Of a stretch of DNA of 64,000 nt, positions 46,861-57,211 are shown one piece after another (positions within the stretch are counted from its first letter, which is position 1; every line of letters starts with the position of its first letter). The notes under the pieces are model-generated. The model was not told where the DNA came from. It saw only the letters and a list, made by a program, of their open reading frames with translations, and made no database searches. Source of the DNA: Bryobacteraceae bacterium (lineage in GTDB: Bacteria; Acidobacteriota; Terriglobia; Bryobacterales; Bryobacteraceae); the NCBI GenBank assembly GCA_035475295.1, contig DATIMM010000117.1:4869-68868 (forward strand). Direction: 5' to 3'. The translations under genes were made by a program, and so were the position numbers.

Positions 46861-47610
46861 TCACAAATTGCCCATTCCGCCATCAATCAGAAGTTCGCTA
46901 CCCACCGTAAACGCCGACTCGTCGGAGGCCAGGAACACCACGGCCTTCGCAATCTCAACAGGCTTGCCAAAACGCCCGGCTGGCACTTGGCTTTGAATCG
47001 AGGCAGACACAGCCTTCAAGTCTTCCTCCGCCAAGCCCAACTTGCTGTAAAGCGGGGTCGCGATCGGGCCGGGGCTCACCGCGTTCACTCGTATCCCGCG
47101 TGAGATCAACTCACCGGAAAGCGTACGCGCCAGCGAAAGAACCGCCGCCTTTGTCGCTCCGTAGACGCTTGTGTTCGGCATACCGATGTGAGCGTTCACC
47201 GACGCATTGATCACAATCGACGCGGGATTCGAAAACACCGGCAACAGCGCCTGCACCAGAAAGAACGGTCCCTTTAGATTCAACCCGACCGACCGGTCGA
47301 AGGCCGCTTCGTCCCACTGCTCCAACGGTCGCAAGTCCGTGACACCGGCGTTTACGAAAAGTACGTCAAGCCCGCCGAACGTGTCCTGAATCGTCCGGGC
47401 CACGGTTTTTTGAGCCGCAACATCGCTCGCATCGGAGGGAATAACCAACACGCCCTCTCCGAGTTCCTTACGAGCGCTCTCCAGAGTCGCCGCTGCCCTG
47501 CCCGTAACGGCAACGCGTGCACCCTCGCTCAAAAACTGGCGTGCCGTTTCGAGACCGATTCCGCTCGTACCGCCAGTGATTAAGGCTCGCTTGCCTTTCA
47601 GCCTATCCAT
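46861..47610 (-). CDS. SDR oxidoreductase.
   Basis: ALITGGTSGIGLETA, NAG and YGATKAA motifs. 249 aa. Confidence 0.88.
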   Translation of the reverse strand: MDRLKGKRALITGGTSGIGLETARQFLSEGARVAVTGRAAATLESARKELGEGVLVIPSDASDVAAQKTVARTIQDTFGGLDVLFVNAGVTDLRPLEQWDEAAFDRSVGLNLKGPFFLVQALLPVFSNPASIVINASVNAHIGMPNTSVYGATKAAVLSLARTLSGELISRGIRVNAVSPGPIATPLYSKLGLAEEDLKAVSASIQSQVPAGRFGKPVEIAKAVVFLASDESAFTVGSELLIDGGMGNL

Positions 47611-47774
47611 AACAGCCGCCTCCTTCTTGCCTGCTCAGTGTAGCCTGCGAAGCTTTCTTGGTGTAGTCTGGCGATAAGGAACACCGGATGCTAAAACCAA
47701 TGCTACGCTTGCTCCCCGCGGCTACTGTTGCGCTGCTGACCCGGCAATCCTCCAACACAGCCGCCGTAGCCGGG

Positions 47775-49037
47775 CTACCGAAACGCCTTGGCAACCGCAG
47801 TGACACTTGTAACCAGCTGAGCTTGCAACATATAGCGGTTACTCTGAGGCCAGACCCAACTATCTACCGACCAGGAATTGCCGTTCATCCAACTGCTGCC
47901 AACCTTGAGCAACTGCTGGCGATTAAAACGATACCCAACTGAAAAATCGTACACCTGCTGAGGCCCGGCGAACTGATCGGCACTACTCCCGGAGCTGTCT
48001 TGAATTCGACCGAAATGTTGTGCCGTAGCGCGCATCGCCAAAAACAGACGCGGCGACAAGATGCATTTCGCCTGGCCGTAAGCCCCGTTCTCTGAAGGAG
48101 AGTGGGAAAAACCGGGCAGCTCGAAATGGAAGTGTTGCCATTCACCCTGGACCGACCACCGGCCTCTCGACCACTCCGCATCGGCGCCTGCTCCCCATGC
48201 CGGAAAGTCCCGGAGTGTCTTACCTGCTGGAAGCAACGGAATCAAAATCTTATCGAGGTAAGGGCCGCGAAATCCCGACACCCCCAAATGCAATCCCCCA
48301 GGCAACGTGTAGCCGGTGCCCGCCGTCCATTGGGCGGCTTGGCCGCCGTCCGTCAAACCGTGCGGATTCGCAGGTGAGCTATTGGTAAGCTGCAAGCGCG
48401 CATCTAGGCGGGAGATCGAAATCTCCGCTTCGACTGCAGGCAAGCCATACAGAGTGGCAGGACCCACCCCATACCGCTCGTCGTCTGATCCTCCGCAGTG
48501 ATAGTCGACCTCCGATCCATACGTCTGTCCCAAGACGTCCTTTACTCCGCAAGGAAGCTGGTCCGGGCGTATGGGTAGATAACCCGTGTACAGCATCGGC
48601 GCATCGATGAGAGGCATCTTCGAGTCGTCATATTCAACCGGGAACAATCCGAAAGCGGAACTGAGTTGCCCGGCCTTAATAAGCGCGGTTGCTTTGGAAA
48701 AGGTCGCTGAATACCCAACGAAGGCCTGCATCAGTTCGAACTCAACCAGCCGATTCTCTTCAGACCCTGTTTCGTAGGAAAGATACTTTGGCGAATGTAC
48801 ATCCAGCGCGGAGTACGCAAACCAATGCGGGCCAAGTTTAAGCGTCGGAGTCAGGATCGCTCGAAAGCCTGCTGTAGTCGCGCTTCCCTCATTATTTTCA
48901 GCGGGTGCTGTCCATGTCGCTCGCGTGTTGCCGCTCACCGTAATGGGAAGCGAAACGCCGGATGTTGCCTCTTGGCATCGAACTCGGAGCCCAACGACCA
49001 GCAGGGAGATAAGTAGGAGGACGAAGCGATTCAGCAT
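47775..49037 (-). CDS. Secreted protein, probable outer-membrane beta-barrel.
   Basis: Signal peptide present. It has alternating hydrophobic/Gly/aromatic-rich sequence and a C-terminal ...VTAVAKAFR with Phe at the penultimate position. The ATG at 49037 (or TTG at 49043) lies within 2 nt of the upstream kinase stop. Confidence 0.55.
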   Translation of the reverse strand: MLNRFVLLLISLLVVGLRVRCQEATSGVSLPITVSGNTRATWTAPAENNEGSATTAGFRAILTPTLKLGPHWFAYSALDVHSPKYLSYETGSEENRLVEFELMQAFVGYSATFSKATALIKAGQLSSAFGLFPVEYDDSKMPLIDAPMLYTGYLPIRPDQLPCGVKDVLGQTYGSEVDYHCGGSDDERYGVGPATLYGLPAVEAEISISRLDARLQLTNSSPANPHGLTDGGQAAQWTAGTGYTLPGGLHLGVSGFRGPYLDKILIPLLPAGKTLRDFPAWGAGADAEWSRGRWSVQGEWQHFHFELPGFSHSPSENGAYGQAKCILSPRLFLAMRATAQHFGRIQDSSGSSADQFAGPQQVYDFSVGYRFNRQQLLKVGSSWMNGNSWSVDSWVWPQSNRYMLQAQLVTSVTAVAKAFR

Positions 49038-49039
49038 AT

Positions 49040-50863
49040 TCAACTGCCAACCGTGCTCAAGAACATACCGTCCGGCCGGGTCACAGTTCCAGCAACGGGC
49101 AGCGTCAACGTGAACCAGAAACTGGAGCCGGCATCCAGACGGCTTTCAAATCCAATCTCGCCATGCATCAGTTCAACCAATTCCTTCGCGATTGCGAGGC
49201 CTAACCCGGTTCCTCCATAGCGGCGCGTTAGTGAGCCGTCTATCTGCGAGAATCTTTGAAAAATAAGGTCCCGCTTTTCCGGGTCGATCCCGATGCCCGT
49301 ATCCGCCACAACCAGCTTCAGCATGGCCTCTGCCTGCTTTTCGATCAAGCACTCGCAGTGAATTTGAATGGAGCCCCTGTCCGTGAACTTAACTGCGTTG
49401 CCGGCCAGATGCAGAAGAATCTGCCGTATGCGCCCAACATCGCCAAGAAATCTCCGTGGCGCGGAAGCAGGGTAGGAGTGCTCTATCACGAGACCCTTTT
49501 GCACTGCCTGCGTTTGAACCTCCGCGGCAACATCTGTCAAAAGATCATGCAAGTCGAAGGGCGCTGCCGTAATGCGTAGTTTGCCCGTCTCCATATGGGA
49601 AAAGTCCAGAATGTTGTCGATAAGCGACATCAGCGACTGACCGGAATCCCGCACCACCGCCGCATATTCTTGCTGTTCCTCGGTGAGTCCCGTGTCCAGG
49701 AGCAAGTCCGTCATTCCTAGGACACCATTCATCGGAGTCCGAAGCTCATGACTGACATTGGTGAGAAACTCCGTCTTCAGGCGATTCGCAGATTCGGCGG
49801 CGTCCTTTGCCCCTTCCAACTCGCGGCGGGAGCGGCGTTCTGCCTCCGTTACCTGGTTGAAGGAATTTGCCAGGGCGTCCAGTTCACGCACTCCGTTTCC
49901 GACCGTCAGTTGCTCCGGCATCTGACCTGTCGATTCGCTTTGCTTTAGTTGTGCAACCAGCCCGCGCAGCGGCTGCGAGACCGAATAAGAAGTTACGAGA
50001 GTGCACAGCAACGCCAGCACGACGCCCGCCGTACCGACCTCCACCAGAATCCGGATAAAGGCGGCGTTGAACTGGTCGAGACGGCTCTTGAGCGAACGAA
50101 AGCCTAGTAGTTGATAGCCATCCCCGAGCCGTGCCGTTTCCAGTTGGGAAACAATGAAATTCTCCCGGCCCAAGGTCACTTCGCACGCCGAAATCGGCTT
50201 GACGCAGCTGCCCCTGATTTGCCGTTCGATGTCGGCGCTCCACCGTGCCGTAAGCATCGACCGCTCAACATTGCCGTTATGGAGCAGTACCGTTTGGCCC
50301 GCCATCGGGAGGCGATTCAGTTCGAAACGCATGCCCAAGGTGAGAACGGCCGCTAGCTCTCCTTCAATGCTGATCGGCACAACCTCCAGCTGGTACAGCA
50401 CGTGTTGGATCTCCCCGATTCCCGGCCGGAATGGCAGCATGGGCAACGAGAACATTGGTTCCGAGTCCGGCCCCACGATGGCTGCAATCGTTTGGCCGCG
50501 CAGATCTGAAACCGCGACAAGGTCGTACGGTGAAGAGGATTGCAGTTCGCGTAACTGCGCCTCGATTGTCCGGCGAATCTGCGCGATCGCCAATGGATCG
50601 CCATGCCCTTCCGCCAGTAGGCCCACCGCCGCCTTTAGCCCGGCGCTATCGGTCAAATGTGCTAACAGCCTGGTGGTCCTTTGTGAATACTCCAGATTCG
50701 CGCGATTTAGCAGAACGTCGGAATCTTGCAACGATTCGCGAAGTTCCTGCTTGATTCGCTCGTGATTGGCAGTGCTCAGAGCTACAAAGCTCGACAGAAG
50801 CACCAGGCAAACAGGCAGGAACGAGAACACGAACGCACGCGCGGTTAAAGAAAGGCGCGACAT
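49040..50863 (-). CDS. Sensor histidine kinase (two TM segments, periplasmic domain, HisKA and HATPase_c).
   Basis: H-box [17 protein letters not shown]-box [10 protein letters not shown], and G-boxes DTGIGI and GGTGLGLAI. Confidence 0.88.
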   Translation of the reverse strand: MSRLSLTARAFVFSFLPVCLVLLSSFVALSTANHERIKQELRESLQDSDVLLNRANLEYSQRTTRLLAHLTDSAGLKAAVGLLAEGHGDPLAIAQIRRTIEAQLRELQSSSPYDLVAVSDLRGQTIAAIVGPDSEPMFSLPMLPFRPGIGEIQHVLYQLEVVPISIEGELAAVLTLGMRFELNRLPMAGQTVLLHNGNVERSMLTARWSADIERQIRGSCVKPISACEVTLGRENFIVSQLETARLGDGYQLLGFRSLKSRLDQFNAAFIRILVEVGTAGVVLALLCTLVTSYSVSQPLRGLVAQLKQSESTGQMPEQLTVGNGVRELDALANSFNQVTEAERRSRRELEGAKDAAESANRLKTEFLTNVSHELRTPMNGVLGMTDLLLDTGLTEEQQEYAAVVRDSGQSLMSLIDNILDFSHMETGKLRITAAPFDLHDLLTDVAAEVQTQAVQKGLVIEHSYPASAPRRFLGDVGRIRQILLHLAGNAVKFTDRGSIQIHCECLIEKQAEAMLKLVVADTGIGIDPEKRDLIFQRFSQIDGSLTRRYGGTGLGLAIAKELVELMHGEIGFESRLDAGSSFWFTLTLPVAGTVTRPDGMFLSTVGS

Positions 50864-50866
50864 TCC

Positions 50867-51547
50867 TTAGTTCTCCCAGGCTTCGTCCGGTATGGCCACG
50901 TTCATCCGAAGGGATCCGGTTTCCGGAACGGTGATGTTCCGGTGCATGACGCCCACGGACTTTTGCCATACACACATCCGGTAATTCCCAGATGGCAAGT
51001 TCGACAAGGCGAACGTGCCATCCTGCGCCGGCTTTCCAAACCATCGGCTGGCAGTGACAACAATCACTCCGTACATGTTGGGGTGAACATGGCAGTACAC
51101 CTGCACAATTCCGGGATGGGAAAAGGTGACGCTGCGGCTGCGTCCTTCCGCGTAATATCCCAGGTCAAAGGATTGGGTTCGGGACAAAGAAAATATGTTA
51201 TGAAATATGGGATCTAAATTGGGAAACTCAACCGTAGATCCAACGGGAACGATGAGAGTGTCCGGTTCAATGCGTCGGTTTCGCTGACGCATGACAGCCT
51301 TGACGGGCTGGGCCGGTGCTGGGATCTTTGATTCGAGCCAGATAGCGATTCGCTCGTATCCGTTCGAAGTTTTCCCATTGGAACTGCTGCTCGAAACCGC
51401 AATGCCGCGCAAATCGTAAATCGCTGGCGCAAATATTTTTGCGCTGCCGGCCTTCTCGGTCACAATTCTGCCCGATATCTCCGATCCAGCAGCGTGCGTC
51501 AAACAGGTACAAAGGAGAGCAACAACGTAGCCAATTGTCCTGCTCAT
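50867..51547 (-). CDS. Periplasmic cupredoxin-fold-like protein plus a CarboxypepD_reg-like domain ('methylamine utilisation protein'-type annotation).
   Basis: Signal peptide from an internal ATG (MSRTIGYVVALLCTCLTHAAG). VEFPNLDPIFHNIFS...VYCHVHPNMYGVIVV resembles a type-1-copper-like site. The stop lies 3 nt before the kinase start. Confidence 0.6.
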   Translation of the reverse strand: MSRTIGYVVALLCTCLTHAAGSEISGRIVTEKAGSAKIFAPAIYDLRGIAVSSSSSNGKTSNGYERIAIWLESKIPAPAQPVKAVMRQRNRRIEPDTLIVPVGSTVEFPNLDPIFHNIFSLSRTQSFDLGYYAEGRSRSVTFSHPGIVQVYCHVHPNMYGVIVVTASRWFGKPAQDGTFALSNLPSGNYRMCVWQKSVGVMHRNITVPETGSLRMNVAIPDEAWEN

Positions 51548-51700
51548 CTTGGCACACCTATCTCCTTCTAATTGGTGGTGCCGTACGTTTTTCTTTTTTC
51601 TCAACCGGCTATAACTGAAAGCCACCACTTCGGCGAGCCGAAACAATCAGGAACGCGGGACAGAACCTGTCAGGAACAGGCCCCAGGCGGTCCCGGCGCT

Positions 51701-52282
51701 CTATTGGTGCAGCGGGAAGCGCTCATCGAGCGCGAGATTCAACTGAAGAACGTCCACGCGAGGTTCACCGAAAATACCCCAGTCTCGACCTCGGATCTGA
51801 CCCTCTACCAATGAGGCGATCTCTCGCGGATCGGCGTGCCGGGCCCGGGCTACTCGCGCAATCTGAAGCTGTGCGTTAGCCGGGCTGATGTCGGGGTCCA
51901 GACCACTTGCCGAAGTCGTCAGGGCATCAGCGGGGACCGGCCCCGTCACTGCATTGGTCAGCCGGTATGCCGACCCATCCTTCCGGAGGCGCTTTTCTAA
52001 ATCCGGATTTGTCGGCCCGAGATTCGAACCGCCGGACGCGCTGGCGTCGTAGCCTTTCGCTCCCGCCGCCGATGGTCGGGGATGAAAGTAATGCTCGCCC
52101 GTGAAGTTCTGGCCAATCAGTTTCGAGCCAACCACGGAGCCATTGCGCGTGGCTGGGCTTCCGTTGGCTTGACGGCTAAAGAAAGCCTGCGCGAGGCCAG
52201 TGACAGTCAGTGGGTAAACAAGCCCGGTCAGCACCGTGAGAACGAGCGTGATCAGCAGCGCCGGACGTAGTTGCGAAAGCAT
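51701..52282 (-). CDS. kdpC: Potassium-transporting ATPase subunit C.
   Basis: 193 aa. MLSQLRPALLITLVLTVLTGLVYPL... and the ...SGLDPDISP motif are typical of KdpC. Confidence 0.9.
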   Translation of the reverse strand: MLSQLRPALLITLVLTVLTGLVYPLTVTGLAQAFFSRQANGSPATRNGSVVGSKLIGQNFTGEHYFHPRPSAAGAKGYDASASGGSNLGPTNPDLEKRLRKDGSAYRLTNAVTGPVPADALTTSASGLDPDISPANAQLQIARVARARHADPREIASLVEGQIRGRDWGIFGEPRVDVLQLNLALDERFPLHQ

Positions 52283-52294
52283 GATGAGTATCCT

Positions 52295-54412
52295 CTATGC
52301 CAGGTGAACCAATCCGAGAAAGCGGTCGATCAGCCAGATCGCCGGAAACGGAGCCAGCACTCCACCCAGGCCGTACACGAGTAGATTGCGGCGAAGCAAG
52401 GCGGAAGCGCTGAGTGCACGGTACTTGACACCCTTCAGCGCAAGTGGAACAAGCGCGATGATGATCAGAGCGTTGAAAATCACAGCCGACAGGATGGCGC
52501 TCTCGGGCGAGTGAAGTCCCATGACGTTGAGCTTGCCCAACGCAGGGTACGTTACGGCGAACATCGCTGGGATGATCGCAAAATACTTCGCTACGTCGTT
52601 TGCGATCGAGAAGGTCGTCAAAGCGCCGCGTGTGATCAGCAGTTGCTTGCCGATGGCGACGATTTCGATCAGCTTAGTGGGATTGCTATCGAGATCGACC
52701 ATGTTGCCGGCCTCCTTAGCGGCCATCGTGCCCGTGTTCATCGCGACGCCCACATCCGCCTGCGCCAGGGCAGGTGCGTCGTTCGTACCATCGCCGGTCA
52801 TCGCAACCAGGCGGCCGTTCCTTTGCTCGCGCTTGATCAGGTCGAGCTTATCCTTCGGCGTGGCCTGCGCCAGAAAATCGTCCACCCCGGCTTCCGATGC
52901 AATCGCGGCTGCCGTAAGCGGATTATCCCCGGTGATCATAATCGTTCTGATGCCCATGCGGCGCATTTCTTCGAAACGTTCCCGCATCCCGCCTTTCACG
53001 ACGTCTTTGAGATGGATCACGCCAAGCGCTGCCGAGTCCACCGCAACCGCGAGCGGCGTACCGCCCGTGCGGCTGATGCTCTCCGCTATCTGTAAGAGGC
53101 TGGCCGGAAACGTGCCGCCGCGTTCCTGGACCCAGCGCTCGATGGATTCCGTGGCGCCTTTGCGTATCTCTCGTCCGTCCAGGTTGAGGCCGCTCATGCG
53201 TGTCTGAGCGGAAAACGGTATAAACTCCGCTTCGTGAGGAGCGATCTCGCGGCCGCGCAATCCATGTTTCTGCTTCGCCAGCACCACTATGCTGCGGCCC
53301 TCCGGTGTTTCATCGGCAAGGCTTGAGAGTTGCGCGGCATCGGCCAGTTCGCCTTCACTCACGCCGGCTGAAGCGATAAAGCGCACTGCCTCGCGGTTTC
53401 CAAATGTGATTGTTCCTGTTTTATCAAGCAGCAGTGTGTCGACGTCGCCCGAGGCCTCCACAGCTTTGCCGCTCATCGCAAGCACGTTGTGCTGCATCAC
53501 CCGATCCATTCCTGCAATTCCAATCGCCGAAAGAAGCCCGCCGATGGTGGTGGGGATCAGGCAAACTAGCAACGCAACCAGAACCGCCACGCTCGGAACA
53601 GATCCGGATCCGGACTGAACTACAGCGAATTGAGCGAATGGGGCCAGAGTCACGCAAACCAGCAGAAAAATAAGCGTCAGGCCAGCGATCATAATGTTCA
53701 GGGCGATTTCGTTCGGGGTCTTCTGTCGATGCGCGCCCTCGACGAGTGCAATCATACGGTCCAGAAATGTTTCTCCTGGATTCGAAGTAATTCGAATCTT
53801 GATGAAGTCCGACAGGACGCGAGTGCCGCCGGTCACTGCGCTACGATCGCCGCCGGCTTCGCGGATAACGGGAGCGCTCTCGCCCGTGATCACGGACTCA
53901 TCCACGCTCGCGATGCCCTCGATCACTTCACCATCACCGGGAATCGTGTCGCTCGGATAGCACACGCAGATGTCGCCTTTTCGCAGTACGGACGCTGGTA
54001 CGATCACAACCGTGCCGTTCACGAGCTTCTTTCCGGACGACTCCGTCTTTGCTTTGCGAAGACTGTCGGCCTGCGCCTTCCCTCGCCCTTCGGCCATCGC
54101 CTCTGCGAAATTTGCAAACAACACCGTGAACCAAAGCCAAACCGTGATCTGAATGGTAACGCCCATATGTGCGGGGCTGGTGCGGAATAACAACCCAGTC
54201 GTCAAGGAAGCGCCAACCGCTACAACGAACATCACCGGATTCTTCAGCAGCGTCTTTGGATGGAGTTTCACGAAGGCATCCATCAATGCCCGCCGGACGA
54301 TCGGGGTATCGAACAGCGGCCGGGTGCGAATCTTAGATAGCGAGTTGGTTAGCGGCGCTGGTGCCGGGCTGACGAGCTCCGGAGAGGCTTGTTTCTTGAT
54401 TTGGGCGGGCAT
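52295..54412 (-). CDS. kdpB: Potassium-transporting P-type ATPase subunit B.
   Basis: 705 aa with DKTGTIT phosphorylation motif, TGDN and [12 protein letters not shown]. Confidence 0.95.
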   Translation of the reverse strand: MPAQIKKQASPELVSPAPAPLTNSLSKIRTRPLFDTPIVRRALMDAFVKLHPKTLLKNPVMFVVAVGASLTTGLLFRTSPAHMGVTIQITVWLWFTVLFANFAEAMAEGRGKAQADSLRKAKTESSGKKLVNGTVVIVPASVLRKGDICVCYPSDTIPGDGEVIEGIASVDESVITGESAPVIREAGGDRSAVTGGTRVLSDFIKIRITSNPGETFLDRMIALVEGAHRQKTPNEIALNIMIAGLTLIFLLVCVTLAPFAQFAVVQSGSGSVPSVAVLVALLVCLIPTTIGGLLSAIGIAGMDRVMQHNVLAMSGKAVEASGDVDTLLLDKTGTITFGNREAVRFIASAGVSEGELADAAQLSSLADETPEGRSIVVLAKQKHGLRGREIAPHEAEFIPFSAQTRMSGLNLDGREIRKGATESIERWVQERGGTFPASLLQIAESISRTGGTPLAVAVDSAALGVIHLKDVVKGGMRERFEEMRRMGIRTIMITGDNPLTAAAIASEAGVDDFLAQATPKDKLDLIKREQRNGRLVAMTGDGTNDAPALAQADVGVAMNTGTMAAKEAGNMVDLDSNPTKLIEIVAIGKQLLITRGALTTFSIANDVAKYFAIIPAMFAVTYPALGKLNVMGLHSPESAILSAVIFNALIIIALVPLALKGVKYRALSASALLRRNLLVYGLGGVLAPFPAIWLIDRFLGLVHLA

Positions 54413-54439
54413 TTGGATCCTTTCGCTCTGTCCCGATGC

Positions 54440-56188
54440 TTACGACATGAGGTGTTCCACAATGGGTCCCAACGACAGAGCCGGGAAGAAGGTAAGAGCG
54501 CCCACGATGATCACGACGCCGACCAACAGTCCGACGAAAAGCGGGCCATTGGTTGGCAAGGTGCCAGCCGATGCGGGTATCGCCTTCTTCTGTGCGAGCG
54601 ACCCGGCCACTGCCAGCAGTGGCAGCAGCATGAAAAACCGGCCGACGAACATAGCCAGGCCGATCGTCAGGTTGTACCAGGGCGTATTAGCGTTCAGGCC
54701 TGCGAAAGCGCTGCCGTTGTTTCCCGTACCGCTCGTGTATGCATAAAGGATCTCGGAAAAGCCATGCGGTCCGGGATTCGCTATGTTCGCTGTCGCTGGC
54801 CCGGGAGGATTCCAGAAACCATCCTTTGTAAATGGAATCATCGATGAGGCCGCGGCGAACAGAAGAATGCTCGCCGCCAGAATCAAGAGCGCCAACATCG
54901 CCATCTTTATTTCCTTCTGCTCAATCTTCTTGCCGAGATACTCCGGTGTGCGGCCCACCATCAAACCCGCGATAAACACAGCGAGTATCGCGTACATCAA
55001 CATTCCGTACAGGCCCGCGCCCACCCCGCCGAACACGATCTCGCCGAGCTGGATGTTGAACAGTGGAACCAGTCCGCCCAGCGGAGTGAAGCTGTCGTGC
55101 ATGGAGTTCACCGCTCCGCAGCTCGCGTCGGTAGTGACGGTGGCGAATAAAGCGGAATCGGCTATCCCGAAGCGAGTTTCCTTCCCTTCCATGTTGCCGC
55201 CCGGCTGGTCCTTCGTCGCTTGCATCTGAATGCCGGCGCTCCCTAGCGCGGCGGTTCCTTTCTGCTCGAAGTGATAGGCCGTGAGTACGCCTGCAAACCA
55301 AAGGACTGACATGGCCGCGAACAGAGCCCACCCCTGCCGCGTATCGCGAACCATTCTGCCGAATGTGTAGGTCAGAGCCGCCGGGATCAGGAAAATGCAG
55401 ATCATCTCCAGCATGTTGCTGAGGGGAGTCGGATTCTCGAACGGATGCGCGGAGTTCGCGTTGAAGAAACCGCCGCCGTTGGTGCCGAGCATCTTGATAG
55501 CTTCCTGCGATGCAACCGGCCCTTGCGCGATCGTTTGCGTAGCACCTTCCACAGTCTTCACGCTTGTATAGGGATGAAAGTTCTGAATGACGCCCTGTGA
55601 GCAGAGCACCAGCGCAACCACAAACGACAAAGGCAGAAGGATGTAGGTAATCGATCTCGTCAGATCTACCCAGAAGTTGCCGATCGTATTCGTATTGGAT
55701 CTTCTAAAGCCTCTGATGAGTGCGATCGCAATAGCGATCCCGGCCGCGGCAGAAACAAAGTTGTGCAGGGTCAATCCCGCCATTTGGACCAGGTAGCTGA
55801 CCGTTGATTCGGGCGCATAGCTCTGCCAGTTGGTGTTCGTAGTGAAGCTGATACTCGTGTTGAACGCCAGATCAGGTGAGATCGCCTTGGCCCCCAGGTG
55901 CAGCGGATTGAGCGGCAAACAGCCTTGCAAACGTTGCAACGCGTATAGGAGCAATCCGCTCACAGCGCTGAAAGCGAGCAGCGCGGCTGCGTATTCCGTC
56001 CAGCGTTGCTCCTGGATCTCGTTTACACCCGATAATCGGTAGACGAGTACCTCGAGCCATCGCAGCGGCTTGGTGAGAAAGGTTCGGCGGCCCTCCATCA
56101 CCGCCGCGATGAACGCACCAAGGGGTTTCGTGCAAAGCAGAATCACGCCAAAGAAGATGGCGATCTGCAGCCAACCGTTTGCCGTCAT
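54440..56188 (-). CDS. kdpA: Potassium-transporting ATPase subunit A.
   Basis: 582 aa. [18 protein letters not shown]...TNTNWQSY...[20 protein letters not shown] are canonical KdpA selectivity-filter regions. Confidence 0.95.
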   Translation of the reverse strand: MTANGWLQIAIFFGVILLCTKPLGAFIAAVMEGRRTFLTKPLRWLEVLVYRLSGVNEIQEQRWTEYAAALLAFSAVSGLLLYALQRLQGCLPLNPLHLGAKAISPDLAFNTSISFTTNTNWQSYAPESTVSYLVQMAGLTLHNFVSAAAGIAIAIALIRGFRRSNTNTIGNFWVDLTRSITYILLPLSFVVALVLCSQGVIQNFHPYTSVKTVEGATQTIAQGPVASQEAIKMLGTNGGGFFNANSAHPFENPTPLSNMLEMICIFLIPAALTYTFGRMVRDTRQGWALFAAMSVLWFAGVLTAYHFEQKGTAALGSAGIQMQATKDQPGGNMEGKETRFGIADSALFATVTTDASCGAVNSMHDSFTPLGGLVPLFNIQLGEIVFGGVGAGLYGMLMYAILAVFIAGLMVGRTPEYLGKKIEQKEIKMAMLALLILAASILLFAAASSMIPFTKDGFWNPPGPATANIANPGPHGFSEILYAYTSGTGNNGSAFAGLNANTPWYNLTIGLAMFVGRFFMLLPLLAVAGSLAQKKAIPASAGTLPTNGPLFVGLLVGVVIIVGALTFFPALSLGPIVEHLMS

Positions 56189-56190
56189 AG

Positions 56191-56274
56191 CTAAAACCTT
56201 TCAGGCCTGACCAAGGCGTACAGCAGATAGGCGCCCAGCGCTATCGATATAAACGCGGCAATCGCATAATCCAT
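56191..56274 (-). CDS. kdpF: Potassium-transporting ATPase subunit F (27 aa).
   Basis: Hand translation gives [27 protein letters not shown]. The ...YALxRPERF ending is typical of KdpF. The stop lies 2 nt before the kdpA ATG. Confidence 0.7.
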   Translation of the reverse strand: MDYAIAAFISIALGAYLLYALVRPERF

Positions 56275-56285
56275 AACTGTTTGTC

Positions 56286-56369
56286 CTAAAGCCGGTCACA
56301 CCACTGAGCAAAGCGCCAGGACGCATAAAACAGGCCAACGAGGAGTGCCAGCAGTATCAGGTCATACAC
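56286..56369 (-). CDS. Additional small hydrophobic peptide (27 aa) upstream of kdpF.
   Basis: GTG start 9 nt after GGAGG. Translation is (M)YDLILLALLVGLFYASWRFAQWCDRL*. It lies 11 nt upstream of kdpF. Confidence 0.35.
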   Translation of the reverse strand: MYDLILLALLVGLFYASWRFAQWCDRL

Positions 56370-56503
56370 GGTGCTTTATCCTCCAGAAAGACCCTCGCGG
56401 CTCTGGTCCACCCGGTCGAGCGGCGAAGAGTTACTGGGTGACAAGATCCGTTACCTCAAAACCAAGGTACGGCCGAACCCATAAAAAAGCCGTTAAGATT
56501 TCC

Positions 56504-57211
56504 TTAGGATTTTGCGGTAATCGTTTGCGGAAGTACCAATCGATAGCCGACCCACGGCTCAGTTACCAGATACTGTGGTTTTGAAGGCGCGGGTTCAATT
56601 TTCTTCCGTAGAGAATTGATAAAGACGCGCAGATACTCCACTTCGTCGCCGTAATCAGGTCCCCACACCGCCTGCAGTAATTTTCGATGCGGCACGGGCC
56701 TGTTCGCGTTATTCGCGAGGAATTGTAGCAGATCGAACTCCTTCGGAGTCAACCGTACGGGGTTCCCGTTCACAGTCACCTGTCGCTGAACGAAATCGAT
56801 TTCGAGATGGTCAGTTTTGATGAACCTGACATCAGAGGCGGCGGTGGGGCTACGCCGCATAGCGGCACGGATTCGGGCCAGGAGCTCCTGTATGCCGAAC
56901 GGTTTCGTTACGTAGTCGTCCGCCCCGGCATCGAGCGCCTGGACCTTATCCGGCTCCGTGTTCCGGACAGACAGAATGATGATCGGAATGTCCGAGCGTT
57001 CCCGGATCGCGCGGCAAGTCTCCAGTCCTCCCAGGCCCGGCATATTCAGATCGAGCAGAACGAGGTCGGGACGCAGCTCGTCGATTTCGGCCAGCGCTTC
57101 TTCGCCGCTTTTCGCTTCCACCACGGTGTACCCGATACTGGACAACGTCGCCTTCATCGCACGCCGCAACTGGGGCTCATCATCGATAACCAGAATGGTT
57201 GCCGCATTCAT
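56504..57211 (-). CDS. kdpE: OmpR-family response regulator, KdpE-like.
   Basis: Receiver domain (ILVIDDEPQLRR...DLVLLDLNMPG...LSVRNTEPDKVQALDAGADDYVTKPF) plus a winged-helix output (RLTPKEFDLL...GYRL). Its start overlaps the kinase stop by 4 nt. Confidence 0.85.
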   Translation of the reverse strand: MNAATILVIDDEPQLRRAMKATLSSIGYTVVEAKSGEEALAEIDELRPDLVLLDLNMPGLGGLETCRAIRERSDIPIIILSVRNTEPDKVQALDAGADDYVTKPFGIQELLARIRAAMRRSPTAASDVRFIKTDHLEIDFVQRQVTVNGNPVRLTPKEFDLLQFLANNANRPVPHRKLLQAVWGPDYGDEVEYLRVFINSLRKKIEPAPSKPQYLVTEPWVGYRLVLPQTITAKS

